NCBI GenBank assembly: GCA_944381155.1
Contig: CALWKA010000003.1
Coordinates: 3,530 to 67,529, forward strand
Reading direction: 5' to 3'
DNA length: 64,000 nucleotides
Source: an uncultured Clostridia bacterium
Lineage (GTDB): Bacteria; Bacillota; Clostridia; Christensenellales; UBA1242
In this document: positions 27,724 to 38,962 of the stretch, in pieces
Layout: each line of letters begins with the position of its first letter
Numbering within the stretch: the first letter of the stretch is position 1
Translations under genes and position numbers: made by a program
Notes under the pieces: generated by a model
Told to the model about the DNA's origin: nothing
The model's database searches: none
Seen by the model: only the letters and a program-made list of their open reading frames with translations

Positions 27724-30000
27724 TTAAGTCTTGAATGCAGATTTTACATACCATTTGCGTTTGTTTTGTGAAATTTCATTGTTCAATAAATTCATTAAAT
27801 AGTCTTTGGGTTTAATTTTTATTTCTTCTGACTTTTTCCCGCTTTCATCAACTATATAATATGTTATTTCCTTAAATTTGAAAATATTATTATCAATGAA
27901 GGTTATTTTGCCCGATTGCTCGTATATTGTCTTTAATAAATTAGTTTCATTATCTATCTTTTTGTAGAGTTTATATTCTTTATTTTTTCGCGCACTAAAT
28001 GAAATCGTAGCACCTGTCTTGTCTAGTTCAATTGTCAAATCGAAATCGTCGTTTGTATCAATTTCAATAGGTTTATTATCTATTTTAAAATAGTCATACG
28101 CTATGTACCTATCAAAATTTGAAGTAGGGGAGACTATTCTATGATTTTCTTTTGCTTCCAATAAATCATACGGCAAATATTCAACATTGCTAGGTTTGGC
28201 AAAGTCTGCTGGCTTATCTTTTGAATATAATTGTTTCAATATATTTTTATTAATTTCAGTAGGTTCTACCGAACTATACATATCGTCAGGTAAATAGTTA
28301 TTTTTTAAGTCTGCTATCCAAGTCAACAGCGTATGTTCACTAGTATATGAAATGTTGTATAAGTCAGTATTTTTTTCACCATTAAAAGCAGTACCTGTCT
28401 TACTCGCTACAGGCAAATTTAGCGAATTTAGTCGTTTTGATGTGCCATTTGTCGCACTATCTTTTAAAATATTATTGATTATGAAACAATCGCCTTCATC
28501 AAATAATCTTTCCGAATATTCGCTATGCTCATAAATAATATTTCCATTTTTATCTAATATTTTATCAACAAATGATAGCCCGTGATATTCCCCCAAATTT
28601 GCAAGCGTAATATATGCTGATAGCAAATCTGAAAGTTTCACTCCATTTTTCATACTGCCCAATGCTAGATTTAGATTAAGGTCAGATTTATCTAATAAAA
28701 TTCCGAAATTTTCCAAACACTCCTTAGACTTATTTAATCCTAGATATTCCAACGCTTTTACACTAGGCACATTTAACGAATGAGATAGAGCAAATCTTGT
28801 GGTAACATATCCGTGAAATGTTTTGTCTGCGTTCTTTGGAGAAAATCCGTTATAGTCAATTTCTTCATCTAATATGTAGCTTGCAGGTGTCAATATATTG
28901 TGTATTATACAAGGAAGATACACTGATAATGGTTTTAAGGTGGACGCAGGTTGACGCCTAATATTGTGTAAATTATAATTACTATTTGCATAATATGACA
29001 GCACTTTTCCGCAATTATCTACCACTATCGACAAACTGTCTAGATTAGTATTTGTTTTTTCTTCACTCGCATTTATTTGAGAGTTGTTTATTTTAATCAC
29101 TTCTTTTTGTAGATCGTCATCTTTGAATGTGACTATTTGATATTCTTTGTTAATTAATTCTCTTTCGCTGATATTTAATAGTTTGCAAGCTTGAAATATT
29201 GCCTCTTCTTCATATGAATGATCAAGCTCATTATATGATGATAATTCGATAGGAGAAGATAAAATTTCATCATATTCATCTTTACTAATACTTCCTGCTT
29301 GATACATTGTTTTTGCCACAAAATTTTTTCGTTCAAGAGAGTTTTTATAATTCAATTTAGGGGAATATCTCAAAGGTGATTTTATTATTCCCGCTAAACA
29401 GCACGCTTCATTAATCGTCAGATCTTTTGCCGATTTATTAAAATAAACTTTGCTAGCATTTTCGATGCCATAAGCATTTGAGCCAAAATATATAGTGTTG
29501 AGATACATCTCTAATATTTCATCTTTACTAAATTCTTTTTCCATTTTAATAGACAAAACTATTTCTTGAATCTTCCTTGAATATGTCTTTTCATTGGTCA
29601 ATAGTGCATTTTTTATCAGTTGTTGACTGATTGTAGACGCCCCCTGTGATTTACTTTGGTTCATTAAATTCACCAATCCCGCTTTTATTATTCGTTTTAA
29701 GTCATAGCCATTGTGTGAATAAAATCTTTTGTCTTCAATGTCGATAAAAGCATCTTTTACATATTCGGGCAAACTTTCAATTTCTACTATTGATCGATTG
29801 GTGTTGTATAAAGTGTTGTCTATTCCTGACGATGAATAAACTTTGACGCCATTATTCAAATTGGTTAATTTGTTTATATCTAAATCATATTTATTGTAAA
29901 TTATTGAGGCAAAAATTACTAATATGAGGAATGATAGACATATTATAATCGCTATAATTAACAATGCTTTCATATTCTTCTTATGCTTTATTTTTTGCAT
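27724..30000 (-). CDS. bifunctional class A penicillin-binding protein (glycosyltransferase/transpeptidase)
   Basis: GT51 motifs EDKRFYSHNGYD and RKIQE; transpeptidase STLKP, SLN and KTGT. The start is uncertain (ATG 30000, ATG 29973 or TTG 30024). Confidence 0.9.
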   Translation of the reverse strand: MQKIKHKKNMKALLIIAIIICLSFLILVIFASIIYNKYDLDINKLTNLNNGVKVYSSSGIDNTLYNTNRSIVEIESLPEYVKDAFIDIEDKRFYSHNGYDLKRIIKAGLVNLMNQSKSQGASTISQQLIKNALLTNEKTYSRKIQEIVLSIKMEKEFSKDEILEMYLNTIYFGSNAYGIENASKVYFNKSAKDLTINEACCLAGIIKSPLRYSPKLNYKNSLERKNFVAKTMYQAGSISKDEYDEILSSPIELSSYNELDHSYEEEAIFQACKLLNISERELINKEYQIVTFKDDDLQKEVIKINNSQINASEEKTNTNLDSLSIVVDNCGKVLSYYANSNYNLHNIRRQPASTLKPLSVYLPCIIHNILTPASYILDEEIDYNGFSPKNADKTFHGYVTTRFALSHSLNVPSVKALEYLGLNKSKECLENFGILLDKSDLNLNLALGSMKNGVKLSDLLSAYITLANLGEYHGLSFVDKILDKNGNIIYEHSEYSERLFDEGDCFIINNILKDSATNGTSKRLNSLNLPVASKTGTAFNGEKNTDLYNISYTSEHTLLTWIADLKNNYLPDDMYSSVEPTEINKNILKQLYSKDKPADFAKPSNVEYLPYDLLEAKENHRIVSPTSNFDRYIAYDYFKIDNKPIEIDTNDDFDLTIELDKTGATISFSARKNKEYKLYKKIDNETNLLKTIYEQSGKITFIDNNIFKFKEITYYIVDESGKKSEEIKIKPKDYLMNLLNNEISQNKRKWYVKSAFKT

Positions 30001-30052
30001 CAACTTATTATTTGCAAAATACAAAAATTAATAAGTATTTTGTAAATTTTAG

Positions 30053-30081
30053 TTGAAAAATCCTTTATATTATATTATAAT
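30053..30081 (+). promoter_or_regulatory. sigma-A promoter for miaB (leaderless or very short leader)
   Basis: TTGAAA (30053-30058), 17-nt spacer, TATAAT (30076-30081); ATG 30092 lies 10 nt downstream with no SD. Confidence 0.55.
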
Positions 30082-30091
30082 ATTATTTATT

Positions 30092-31417
30092 ATGAATAGT
30101 TATCAAGGAAAGACTTTTAATGTAGTAACTTATGGTTGTCAGATGAATGTACACGAATCAGAAAAAATTCGTGGTGTTTTATCGCGCCTAGGGATGAGTG
30201 AGATTGAAGATATTGAATCGGCAGATGTGGTAGTTTTCAACACTTGCTGTATTCGTGAAGGGGCAGAAGATAGAGCATATAATAATGTGATGGCGCTTCG
30301 TCCAATAAAAGAAAAAAATCCGAACAAAATTATTATTCTTTGCGGATGTATGCCTCAACAAAAAAATGGCAAATACAATTTGAAAGAGAAATTGCCTTTT
30401 GTAGATATTATTATTGGCACGCATAATGTAAATCAGTTGGATCAATATCTATTGAAATATGCTATGTCTAAAAAACATATTTATGATATAATTGAAAAAC
30501 CTATTGGTAGTATGGATAATGACAATTGTATACGCGACGATAAAATCAATGCTTATGTGAACATAATATATGGTTGCAACAAATTTTGCACATATTGTAT
30601 CGTTCCTTATGTTCGCGGCAGAGAGATGAGCAGGACTCCGCAAGACATTTATAGGGAAGTCAAGGACATTGTACAAAATCAGGGCTACAAATATGTCACT
30701 TTGCTTGGACAAAATGTCAATTCTTATGGAAAAGATTTGAAAGATAAAATGTCATTTAGCGAATTGCTGACATATCTTTGCCAAATTGAAGGAGATTTTA
30801 AGATTAAATTTATGACTTCTCATCCTATGGATTTAGGAGATGACTTAATTAAGGTTATGAAGCAGGAGGACAAGATTGCAAAAGCATTACATCTTCCCGT
30901 TCAATCTGGCAGTTCAAAGATATTAGCGAAAATGAATAGACACTATGATATCAAGCACTATATGTCAATTATCAAAAAATTAAGACGAGCTATGCCAAAC
31001 ATTGCTTTATCTACTGATATAATTGTAGGCTTTCCTGGAGAGATAGAAAAAGACTTCAATTTAACTTTGAAATTATTAAAGAAAGTAAAATACGATCAAG
31101 TTTTTGCCTTTATGTATTCAAAAAGGTCGGGCACTCCAGCTGCATCATTTGAAGATCAAATAGACGAAAAGGAAAAGAATGTTAGATTGAATAAATTATT
31201 GAGATTGCAAAAATTGATTCAAAAGGATCAAATAAAAAAATATTTCAACAAAACTTATGATTGTTTGATACGACATATTAATGGTGTAGCTGTTGGGATC
31301 ACAGACGGCGGAAAAGAAATTTATATTCCTAATTACAAATATGTAAATCAAAATTATTTCGCAAAAGTAAAAATAGAAGGTATCCGCAATCATAAGTTGT
31401 CAGGAGAAATCAAATGA
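30092..31417 (+). CDS. miaB: tRNA (i6A37) methylthiotransferase MiaB
   Basis: UPF0004 domain (YGCQMN), radical-SAM CNKFCTYC motif, C-terminal TRAM domain. Confidence 0.9.
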   Translation: MNSYQGKTFNVVTYGCQMNVHESEKIRGVLSRLGMSEIEDIESADVVVFNTCCIREGAEDRAYNNVMALRPIKEKNPNKIIILCGCMPQQKNGKYNLKEKLPFVDIIIGTHNVNQLDQYLLKYAMSKKHIYDIIEKPIGSMDNDNCIRDDKINAYVNIIYGCNKFCTYCIVPYVRGREMSRTPQDIYREVKDIVQNQGYKYVTLLGQNVNSYGKDLKDKMSFSELLTYLCQIEGDFKIKFMTSHPMDLGDDLIKVMKQEDKIAKALHLPVQSGSSKILAKMNRHYDIKHYMSIIKKLRRAMPNIALSTDIIVGFPGEIEKDFNLTLKLLKKVKYDQVFAFMYSKRSGTPAASFEDQIDEKEKNVRLNKLLRLQKLIQKDQIKKYFNKTYDCLIRHINGVAVGITDGGKEIYIPNYKYVNQNYFAKVKIEGIRNHKLSGEIK

Positions 31418-33978
31418 GTGAACGAAAGATAAACAAACAAGATAAACTATCACCTATGATGGTTCAATATTTAGCGACGAAAGAGCAATACAAAGATTGC
31501 ATATTGTTTTATCGTTTGGGTGATTTTTATGAAATGTTTTATGACGATGCGGTGCTTGCTAGCAAAGAATTGGATTTGACCTTGACAGGCAAAGATTGTG
31601 GCACTAGCGAGCGTGCTCCAATGTGCGGAATACCATATCATGCGTACGAATCTTATGCTCAAAAATTGATAGAAAAAGGGTACAAAGTTGCCATTTGTGA
31701 ACAGATGGAAGAACCTGGTAAAAAATTGGTGAGAAGGGATGTCGTTAGAATTATCACGCCGGGCACTGTGATTGATTCATCGATGCTAAACGAGAGTATA
31801 AATTCCTATATAATGTGTATATACAAAGATAAAAACACAATATCTTATGTTTATAGTGATATTAGTACGGGAGAATTGAATGTTGGCGAATATACAGGTA
31901 AAAATTTCAAAAATTACATTAATGATCAAATAATTCGCGTTATGCCGTCAGAAATTATATGCAATAGTGAGATGAAAGATATTTCAAACGATTTGCCGTG
32001 TGTGCAATCAAATGACAAATTCAAGTTCAATTTATATTATGACTGGGCTTTCAACTATTCAAATTGTCAAACGGCAGTTTTGAAACAATATAATATTGAA
32101 TCTATTAAAGGATATGATTTTGATTCTAAATATTGCATAATAGCTGTAGGTGCACTGCTACAATATTTTTTGGAAACTCAAAAGCGAGAGCTTAAACATT
32201 TGAAAATGCCTAAACTAATTCGTGATGAGCAATTTATGTATATTGATACCAACACTAGAAGAAATCTTGAAATAGAAACTACTATGAGAGAAAATTCTAG
32301 ATATGGTAGTTTGCTTTGGGTGATTGATAGCACTTGTACTAGTGGTGGTTCACGAATGTTACGAAATTGGTTAAGGCAACCACTTCAAGATAAAGATAAA
32401 ATAAACAGGCGTTTAAACGCGGTGGAAGCATTATTTTCAGATGCTTTGATGCGCGCAGATTTGAAGAATACATTATCAAAAGTTCAAGACATTGAAAGGC
32501 TTGTGGGGAAAATCTCTTATGGCAATTTCACCCCTAAAGATTGTATTGCACTAGCTACATCTCTATCTCAAACCCCTGATTTAAAAAAGATTTTGATGCG
32601 ATCAAATGATCAAAATATTAAAATTTTAGCATCCAAATTGGTTGATACATCTGAAATTTCAAATTTGATATTCAATACAATATCAGATACTCCGCCAGCC
32701 ATTATGAAAGATGGTGGATATATAAAATCGGGCTTTAATGAATCGCTTGACAGATTGCGAAACTTAAAAAGTAATGCAGAAGACTATATTCTCAAATTGC
32801 AAGCACGAGAAAGAGAAGCTACAGGAATCAAAAATTTAAAAATTGGTTACAACAAAGTTTTTGGTTATTACATTGAAGTTAGCAAAATGTATAATGATTT
32901 AGTTCCATTTAACTATATTAGGAAGCAAACCATTTCAAACAATGAAAGATATATCACAGAAGAATTGAAAAAATTTGAAGAAGAAGTATTGACCAGTCAC
33001 GAAGAAGCTTTGAAATTGGAAGAAAAAATATTTTCAAATCTTAAAGCACAATTATTGCAGAACACAGATGTGATGCAAGATATTGCTATAGCAATTTCTA
33101 CGATTGATTGTTTATATTCGTTGAGTGTAGTAGCGGTGGAAAATGATTATACCAAGCCTAATATCACAGACGGAAAACAGATTAATATAGTGGAAGGTAG
33201 GCATCCAGTGGTAGAAAAGATGATCAAAGGATCAGATTTTATACCAAATGATTGTAGATTGAATGATACCGATCAACGCACAATCATTTTGACAGGTCCT
33301 AATATGGCAGGTAAATCTACATATATGCGTCAAGTGGCATTAATTACATATCTATCGCACATTGGCAGTTTTGTGCCAGCAAAGAGCGCGGATATTTGTA
33401 TTGTTGATAGAATTTTCACTCGTATTGGTGCTAGCGACGATTTGGCAGTTGGACAATCAACCTTTATGGTAGAGATGATTGAAGTTGCAAACATTTTAAA
33501 TTTTTGTACAAATAATAGTTTGATTATATTAGACGAAGTGGGTAGGGGAACATCTACATTTGATGGATTATCTATTGCTTGGGCAGTGGTGGAATATTTA
33601 TCAAAAAAATTGAAAGCTAAAACATTATTTGCCACCCATTATCACGAATTGATGCAACTCGAAGGGTTATATGACGGAGTTAAAAACTTTTGTATTTCAA
33701 TCAAAGAAATAGGCGGGAAATTGGTATTTTTGCGCAAAATTATGCGTGGCAGTGCTACCAAAAGCTACGGAATTGAAGTGGCAAGTTTGGCAGGATTGCC
33801 TGACGAAATAATTAATAGGGCAAAAGAGTTGATGAAAGAATTTGAAAGCGAAAAAATGGATAACAATGCTCAAGTCGAGAGTGAGATTATAGATACTTTG
33901 CGTGAAATCGATATCAATAAATTATCTCCAATGGTTGCCTTTGACACACTTGCTCATCTAATTGATTTGGTTAAATAA
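31414..33978 (+). CDS. mutS: DNA mismatch repair protein MutS
   Basis: TPMM.QY, Walker A GPNMAGKST, DE.GRGTST, TH.HEL motifs; ATGA overlap with miaB. Confidence 0.96.
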   Translation: MSERKINKQDKLSPMMVQYLATKEQYKDCILFYRLGDFYEMFYDDAVLASKELDLTLTGKDCGTSERAPMCGIPYHAYESYAQKLIEKGYKVAICEQMEEPGKKLVRRDVVRIITPGTVIDSSMLNESINSYIMCIYKDKNTISYVYSDISTGELNVGEYTGKNFKNYINDQIIRVMPSEIICNSEMKDISNDLPCVQSNDKFKFNLYYDWAFNYSNCQTAVLKQYNIESIKGYDFDSKYCIIAVGALLQYFLETQKRELKHLKMPKLIRDEQFMYIDTNTRRNLEIETTMRENSRYGSLLWVIDSTCTSGGSRMLRNWLRQPLQDKDKINRRLNAVEALFSDALMRADLKNTLSKVQDIERLVGKISYGNFTPKDCIALATSLSQTPDLKKILMRSNDQNIKILASKLVDTSEISNLIFNTISDTPPAIMKDGGYIKSGFNESLDRLRNLKSNAEDYILKLQAREREATGIKNLKIGYNKVFGYYIEVSKMYNDLVPFNYIRKQTISNNERYITEELKKFEEEVLTSHEEALKLEEKIFSNLKAQLLQNTDVMQDIAIAISTIDCLYSLSVVAVENDYTKPNITDGKQINIVEGRHPVVEKMIKGSDFIPNDCRLNDTDQRTIILTGPNMAGKSTYMRQVALITYLSHIGSFVPAKSADICIVDRIFTRIGASDDLAVGQSTFMVEMIEVANILNFCTNNSLIILDEVGRGTSTFDGLSIAWAVVEYLSKKLKAKTLFATHYHELMQLEGLYDGVKNFCISIKEIGGKLVFLRKIMRGSATKSYGIEVASLAGLPDEIINRAKELMKEFESEKMDNNAQVESEIIDTLREIDINKLSPMVAFDTLAHLIDLVK

Positions 33979-33993
33979 TTCTAGGAGGATTGA

Positions 33994-35946
33994 ATGGCTA
34001 TTAACATACTTGATACTTTGGTGATTAATAGAATTTCTGCGGGAGAAGTGGTAGAGAGTCCGTTTTCTATTGTAAAAGAGCTGATTGACAATGCTATTGA
34101 TGCTGGTGCTAGCAAAATCAACATTGAGATAAAACAAGGCGGAATTGATTCCATTATTGTGAAAGACAATGGAAAAGGAATAGAATTTGAAGATATTAAA
34201 AAAGCCTTTTTGCCACACGCTACGAGCAAAATAAAAGATGTTGATGACCTTGACTCCATTTCAACATTAGGATTTAGGGGAGAGGCACTTGCAAGCATAT
34301 CAAATGTGAGCAAAACAAATATGGTGACTAAAACAGAGTCTTCAGATTGCGCATATTCAATAGAAGTTAATGGTGGGGTGTTTAGCGAGATTAATCCAAC
34401 TAGTAGCGATGTCGGCACAAAAATTGAAGTAAACGATTTGTTCTTCAATACGCCAGCAAGAAGAAAATTTTTGAAGAAACCGAAGCAAGAAGAAAATCTT
34501 ATCACCAATATAATTTCAAGATACATTCTAGCGCATCCTAATATATCTTTTAAATATATAGCAGACAACAAAATCATATATCAAACGGTTGGGAAAACTT
34601 TATTAGACGCAATATATTGTGTATATGGCGAAGAAACTACACAAAACATTATGCCAGTGGATAAAACTATAGGAAATCTTAAACTGACAGGATTTGTTTC
34701 AAAAGTTGGATATAGCAAACCAAATACTACCTATCAAACGCTTATGGTTAATTCAAGATATGTCGTGGATGAAATTGTATCAAAAGCTACATATATGGCG
34801 TATGAAGAATATTTGATGACCAGACAATTTCCTTTTTATGTTTTGAATTTAACTATGCCTGCAGTCGATGTAGATGTAAATGTCCATCCAAGCAAAATAA
34901 ATGTAAAATTTGCTTATCCGTCTAAAATTTATGATTTAGTTTATACCGCTATTCGTTCGTCAATTTATCAGTTTTTAAATCCAAACAAAAACACACCTAT
35001 CAATGCGGAAGATATTGAAAAGCCAACAGAAAATTTGATTAAAACAGATCTGAATTCGTTAAAAGAAATCACTGTAGAAGTTAATAGAAAGAGCTCAAAC
35101 AATTCGGGATTTCTCGAACTTAAACAGACGACATATAATCCGCTTACAATATTTGATATTAAAAATGACGATGTTGCAAGAAATAACTTGCCGCAAGAAA
35201 CTAATACAAAATCAGGTCAAGAAAATCAAAATATTCCAATTCGGCCTGAACAAAATCTAAACAATGTTAATTCAAATCAACCTATAACAAAAAATACGAA
35301 ATATAAAAATGAATCAATTCAAACGAATTTAGAAAAACAAACGACTGACGATTATAAAAATGTAGATGATTTTCTAGATTACAAAATAGTAGGTGAATTG
35401 TTTAATGAGTTCCTTATTTTAGAAAGACAAGACAAAATGTTGCTAGTAGATTTTCACGCTGGGCATGAGCGCTTGAATTATGACAAATTTACTAAAATGG
35501 TGAATAGCAGAAATCTAGTGATACAAGATTTGTTGATTCCATACACTCAAGAATTAAGTCAAATTGAAATTGATTTTATTATGCAATTAAAACCCGAATT
35601 GGAGGCTTTGGGCTTTGATATTGATACATTTTCAGATAGAAAAATCATTATCAATTCAGTTCCTATGCAATTAAAAGATATAAATTTGAAAAATTTTGTA
35701 GACGATTTGGTACGCGATATGAAAAATTTGAAACCAAATATGAACAATGAAATTCGTCATTATTTAATGCAAAAAGCGTGCAAAAGTAGTGTAAAATCTG
35801 GTATGAAATTGTCCGAAATGGAAATAAAAGAATTGTTGCGCGATTTAGACATAAATAATCCTGTTTTATTGTGCCCACACGGAAGACCTGTCGTAACGGT
35901 TATCACGCGTGCCCAAATTGAAAAATGGTTTAAGAGAATTGTGTAG
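33994..35946 (+). CDS. mutL: DNA mismatch repair protein MutL
   Basis: GHKL ATPase N-terminus (INRISAGEVVESP...KELIDNAIDAG); C-terminal dimerisation/endonuclease region. Confidence 0.95.
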   Translation: MAINILDTLVINRISAGEVVESPFSIVKELIDNAIDAGASKINIEIKQGGIDSIIVKDNGKGIEFEDIKKAFLPHATSKIKDVDDLDSISTLGFRGEALASISNVSKTNMVTKTESSDCAYSIEVNGGVFSEINPTSSDVGTKIEVNDLFFNTPARRKFLKKPKQEENLITNIISRYILAHPNISFKYIADNKIIYQTVGKTLLDAIYCVYGEETTQNIMPVDKTIGNLKLTGFVSKVGYSKPNTTYQTLMVNSRYVVDEIVSKATYMAYEEYLMTRQFPFYVLNLTMPAVDVDVNVHPSKINVKFAYPSKIYDLVYTAIRSSIYQFLNPNKNTPINAEDIEKPTENLIKTDLNSLKEITVEVNRKSSNNSGFLELKQTTYNPLTIFDIKNDDVARNNLPQETNTKSGQENQNIPIRPEQNLNNVNSNQPITKNTKYKNESIQTNLEKQTTDDYKNVDDFLDYKIVGELFNEFLILERQDKMLLVDFHAGHERLNYDKFTKMVNSRNLVIQDLLIPYTQELSQIEIDFIMQLKPELEALGFDIDTFSDRKIIINSVPMQLKDINLKNFVDDLVRDMKNLKPNMNNEIRHYLMQKACKSSVKSGMKLSEMEIKELLRDLDINNPVLLCPHGRPVVTVITRAQIEKWFKRIV

Positions 35947-35947
35947 T

Positions 35948-36853
35948 ATGAAAAAAATAATTATAATTACAGGCTTAACTGCGAGCGGGAAAAGTGAATT
36001 AGCTATCGCCACTGCAAAAAAATATAATGGTGCAATTATATCCGCAGATAGTGTGCAAATATATAAAGGATTAGATATTGGTAGTGCAAAAGAGAGCATT
36101 GATATTAGAAAACAAATTCCGCATTATCTAATTGATATAAAAAATTTTGACGAAGATTATAATGTAGGACAGTTTATCACTGACTGCGAGCAGGCGATTA
36201 AAGATATTATAGCCAAGGGCAAACTACCGATAATTGTTGGTGGCACAGGGCTGTATGTAAAAGCTCTGATAAATGGTTATAACTTGGGAGAAAAAAAATC
36301 TGATCCAAAATTTAGAGATAAATATGAAAATTTAGCAAAAGAATTTGGGAATGATTATGTATGGAACGAATTATACAAATTGAATCCAGAAAAAGCAAAA
36401 TCGGTCCATCCAAACAATTTAAAGCGCGTAATTAGATATTTAGAATTGGATATGTTTAGTAAAATTCAATCAGATAAAACACATATTACGAAAAGCATAC
36501 TGAACAATTTTGATGTTTTGAAGTTGGCGATTATTGACGAAAGAGATATTATATATGATAAAATTAATAAAAGAGTGGATAAAATGATTGAATTGGGACT
36601 CGAAGAAGAAGTCAAAAATTTAATCAAAAGTGGGGCAACGCGCAATATGCATTCGACAAATTCAATAGGGTATAAAGAATGGTTTGACTATTTTGATGGC
36701 AAACAAAGTTATGACGACACTATCAAATTGATTAAACAACATAGCAGAAATTATTGTAAAAGACAGCTCACATTTTTAAAGACTATTGACAATTTAGTTT
36801 TTTGTAAAAAAACTGAAGCAGAAGAAAAAATTAAGGAGTTTATGAATGATTAA
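35948..36853 (+). CDS. miaA: tRNA dimethylallyltransferase
   Basis: P-loop GLTASGKS, SADS.QIYKG.DIGSAK; follows mutL. Confidence 0.93.
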   Translation: MKKIIIITGLTASGKSELAIATAKKYNGAIISADSVQIYKGLDIGSAKESIDIRKQIPHYLIDIKNFDEDYNVGQFITDCEQAIKDIIAKGKLPIIVGGTGLYVKALINGYNLGEKKSDPKFRDKYENLAKEFGNDYVWNELYKLNPEKAKSVHPNNLKRVIRYLELDMFSKIQSDKTHITKSILNNFDVLKLAIIDERDIIYDKINKRVDKMIELGLEEEVKNLIKSGATRNMHSTNSIGYKEWFDYFDGKQSYDDTIKLIKQHSRNYCKRQLTFLKTIDNLVFCKKTEAEEKIKEFMND

Positions 36854-38087
36854 CATAGATCAAAATATTTTATCAGTTATTAATGAATGCGAAAATGAAT
36901 GCAAAAAACAATTTGAAGAGATTGAGAGAATAGAATTTTTAAATCAACTAAAAGTTCTTAATGCTTTTAATAAAAATCATATCCAATCATATCATTTCAT
37001 CGGTAGCAGTGGCTATGGTCATAATGATATAGGCAAGGAAAAAATTTCAGCAATTTTTGCCGATGTTTTTCATACGGAATCAGCTTTTGTTAGCCCATTG
37101 ATTAGTTGTGGCACAGAGGCGATTAGTCAAACATTGTTTGGATTGTTGCGTCCAAATGATAGTATGTTGTGCATTTCAGGCACTCCGTATGATACGCTAA
37201 AACAAGTGATATACGGAGTAGAAGGGAAGAATGTAGGCTCTTTGAAAGATTATAATATAAACTATTATGAAGTTGATTTAATCAATGGAGAATTTGATTC
37301 TGCAAAAATAAAGAATGCGATAAAGTCTATCAATCCTAAAATCGTATACATTCAAAGATCTAGAGGATATTCGCTACGAAATGCGCTCAATATTGATCAA
37401 ATTAAAAATATAATTTCGGACATTAAAACATATTCAAATGTGGACATTGTAGTAGATAATTGCTATGGCGAATTTACAGAAGAATTGGAACCTACAGATG
37501 TTGGGGCGGATATTGTGGTTGGCTCGCTCTTGAAAAATATGGGTGGGGGAATAGCTCCAACAGGCGGTTATATTGCTGGGAAAAAAGATTTGATTGAGTT
37601 GATATCATACAAGTTGACAAGTCCCGCTTTAGGAATTGACACAGGATCGTATGAACCAGGATATAAATTGTTCTTCGAAGGCGTATTTATGTCGCCTCAT
37701 ATCGTTGCTGAAGCTAAAAAATTGGTAGTTTTAGCAAGTAAAGTATTGTCAAAATATGGTTTTAAAACTACTCCAAAATTTGATGATAAATTGTCAGATA
37801 TCGTTTGTTGTATTCATTTTAATGACAAAGATAAATTAATTAAATTTACTCGTGCAATACAAGCGTCAAGTGCCATAGATAGTGATTCAGTTTTAGAGGC
37901 AGGGGAGATGGACGGATATGAAGATTTAATCATTATGGCAAGTGGCAGTTTCAATCAGGGCAGTAGTATAGAGTTGAGTTGTGATGGTCCTATGCGTGAG
38001 CCATATGCTGGTTATTTGCAAGGGTGCTTAAGTTATCAGCACGGCAAAATTGGATTGATGAATGCAATGAAAGCAATTTTGAAATAA
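36846..38087 (+). CDS. methionine gamma-lyase family / aluminium-resistance (YnbB-like) PLP protein
   Basis: 413 aa; IQRSRGYS and GS.LKN.GGG.AP.GGYI motifs, typical of the YnbB family found after miaA(-hfq) in Firmicutes. Confidence 0.75.
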   Translation: MINIDQNILSVINECENECKKQFEEIERIEFLNQLKVLNAFNKNHIQSYHFIGSSGYGHNDIGKEKISAIFADVFHTESAFVSPLISCGTEAISQTLFGLLRPNDSMLCISGTPYDTLKQVIYGVEGKNVGSLKDYNINYYEVDLINGEFDSAKIKNAIKSINPKIVYIQRSRGYSLRNALNIDQIKNIISDIKTYSNVDIVVDNCYGEFTEELEPTDVGADIVVGSLLKNMGGGIAPTGGYIAGKKDLIELISYKLTSPALGIDTGSYEPGYKLFFEGVFMSPHIVAEAKKLVVLASKVLSKYGFKTTPKFDDKLSDIVCCIHFNDKDKLIKFTRAIQASSAIDSDSVLEAGEMDGYEDLIIMASGSFNQGSSIELSCDGPMREPYAGYLQGCLSYQHGKIGLMNAMKAILK

Positions 38088-38120
38088 CTAAATTTAAAAA
38101 GATTATTTCATTTATATTTC

Positions 38121-38149
38121 TTGTCTGAATTTTATATTTGTGTTATAAT
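38121..38149 (+). promoter_or_regulatory. sigma-A promoter (leaderless candidate) for the 38157 gene
   Basis: TTGTCT (38121-38126), 17-nt spacer, TGtTATAAT (TATAAT 38144-38149); ATG 38157 lies 7 nt downstream with no SD. Confidence 0.5.
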
Positions 38150-38156
38150 ATATAAT

Positions 38157-38732
38157 ATGGAAAAAGTAAAGGATTTAATTTTGTATCAAATTGTTAAGTC
38201 TAGAAAATTTTCAATAGGTGATAAAATTATTTTTGATAAAAATACCATTACCGGGCAGTATAAAAAGGTCTTTCAAACAAAATATCAAATCGACAATTTA
38301 AGACTCGCAGATATCTTTTATTATTTTAAGAAAAATCGTGGAATAATTAAAAATCACGCAGAGAGTTTAGCATACATATGTGATAATTATGATTTGCTTG
38401 TAAGGGAATTAGCATTAGAAAATGTCAGAAAAAATTTTTATCCTGATTTACCATCAAGATTGCATTGTATGTATTTATCCTTATATAAGCAAACGGCTGT
38501 TGATAATTATGAAAAAAGTAGAGAGAATCATTTGCAAGTGATAGCGGTTAAATTAAACGGAAAAATTTTTAAAAGTGGTGATTTCGTACTAGGCAGAGAC
38601 GGCGGTAGTTTTGAAGATTATATTGCCAAAGCACATAATTATTGGACTCAAACTGATGTAACTGATGAGAATGTTACTGAAATTTTATTTGAAGGCGAAG
38701 CTGAAGTTGTTGAAATAATCAAAGAAAGATAA
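38157..38732 (+). CDS. hypothetical soluble protein (191 aa)
   Basis: Clean ORF with its own promoter; no motif I can assign. Confidence 0.6.
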   Translation: MEKVKDLILYQIVKSRKFSIGDKIIFDKNTITGQYKKVFQTKYQIDNLRLADIFYYFKKNRGIIKNHAESLAYICDNYDLLVRELALENVRKNFYPDLPSRLHCMYLSLYKQTAVDNYEKSRENHLQVIAVKLNGKIFKSGDFVLGRDGGSFEDYIAKAHNYWTQTDVTDENVTEILFEGEAEVVEIIKER

Positions 38733-38962
38733 ATTTATTTTTTCTTATGTAAATATTTTGTGTTTGTTTGTTTTCATAAGTTTACTCTAGATAGTACTAT
38801 ACGATTTTTTACATAACATTTTATAAAAAGCATTAATATGATAATTCATATTAGTTTTTTTTATTAATAAAACATCAAGTGATGAGAACATAAATAGGGC
38901 AGGAAAAGGAAAAACTAGCAAAATATTTATAAATATATAATAGAGTTAACTAAAAATTGAAT

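Noticed and set aside
38745-38834. Partial matches to the XerD arm of the canonical Firmicute dif (TTATGTAAATA at 38745-38755; TTATGTAAAAA on the minus strand near 38806-38816)
   Set aside because: The neighbouring 6-bp spacer and the XerC-arm positions do not match ACTTCCTAGAA. A single 9-of-11 arm match is expected by chance in DNA this AT-rich.
38836-38851. ATATGATAATTCATAT palindrome resembling a Fur box half-site
   Set aside because: Only one half matches TGATAAT, and there is no iron-related gene nearby. Short A/T palindromes are common here.
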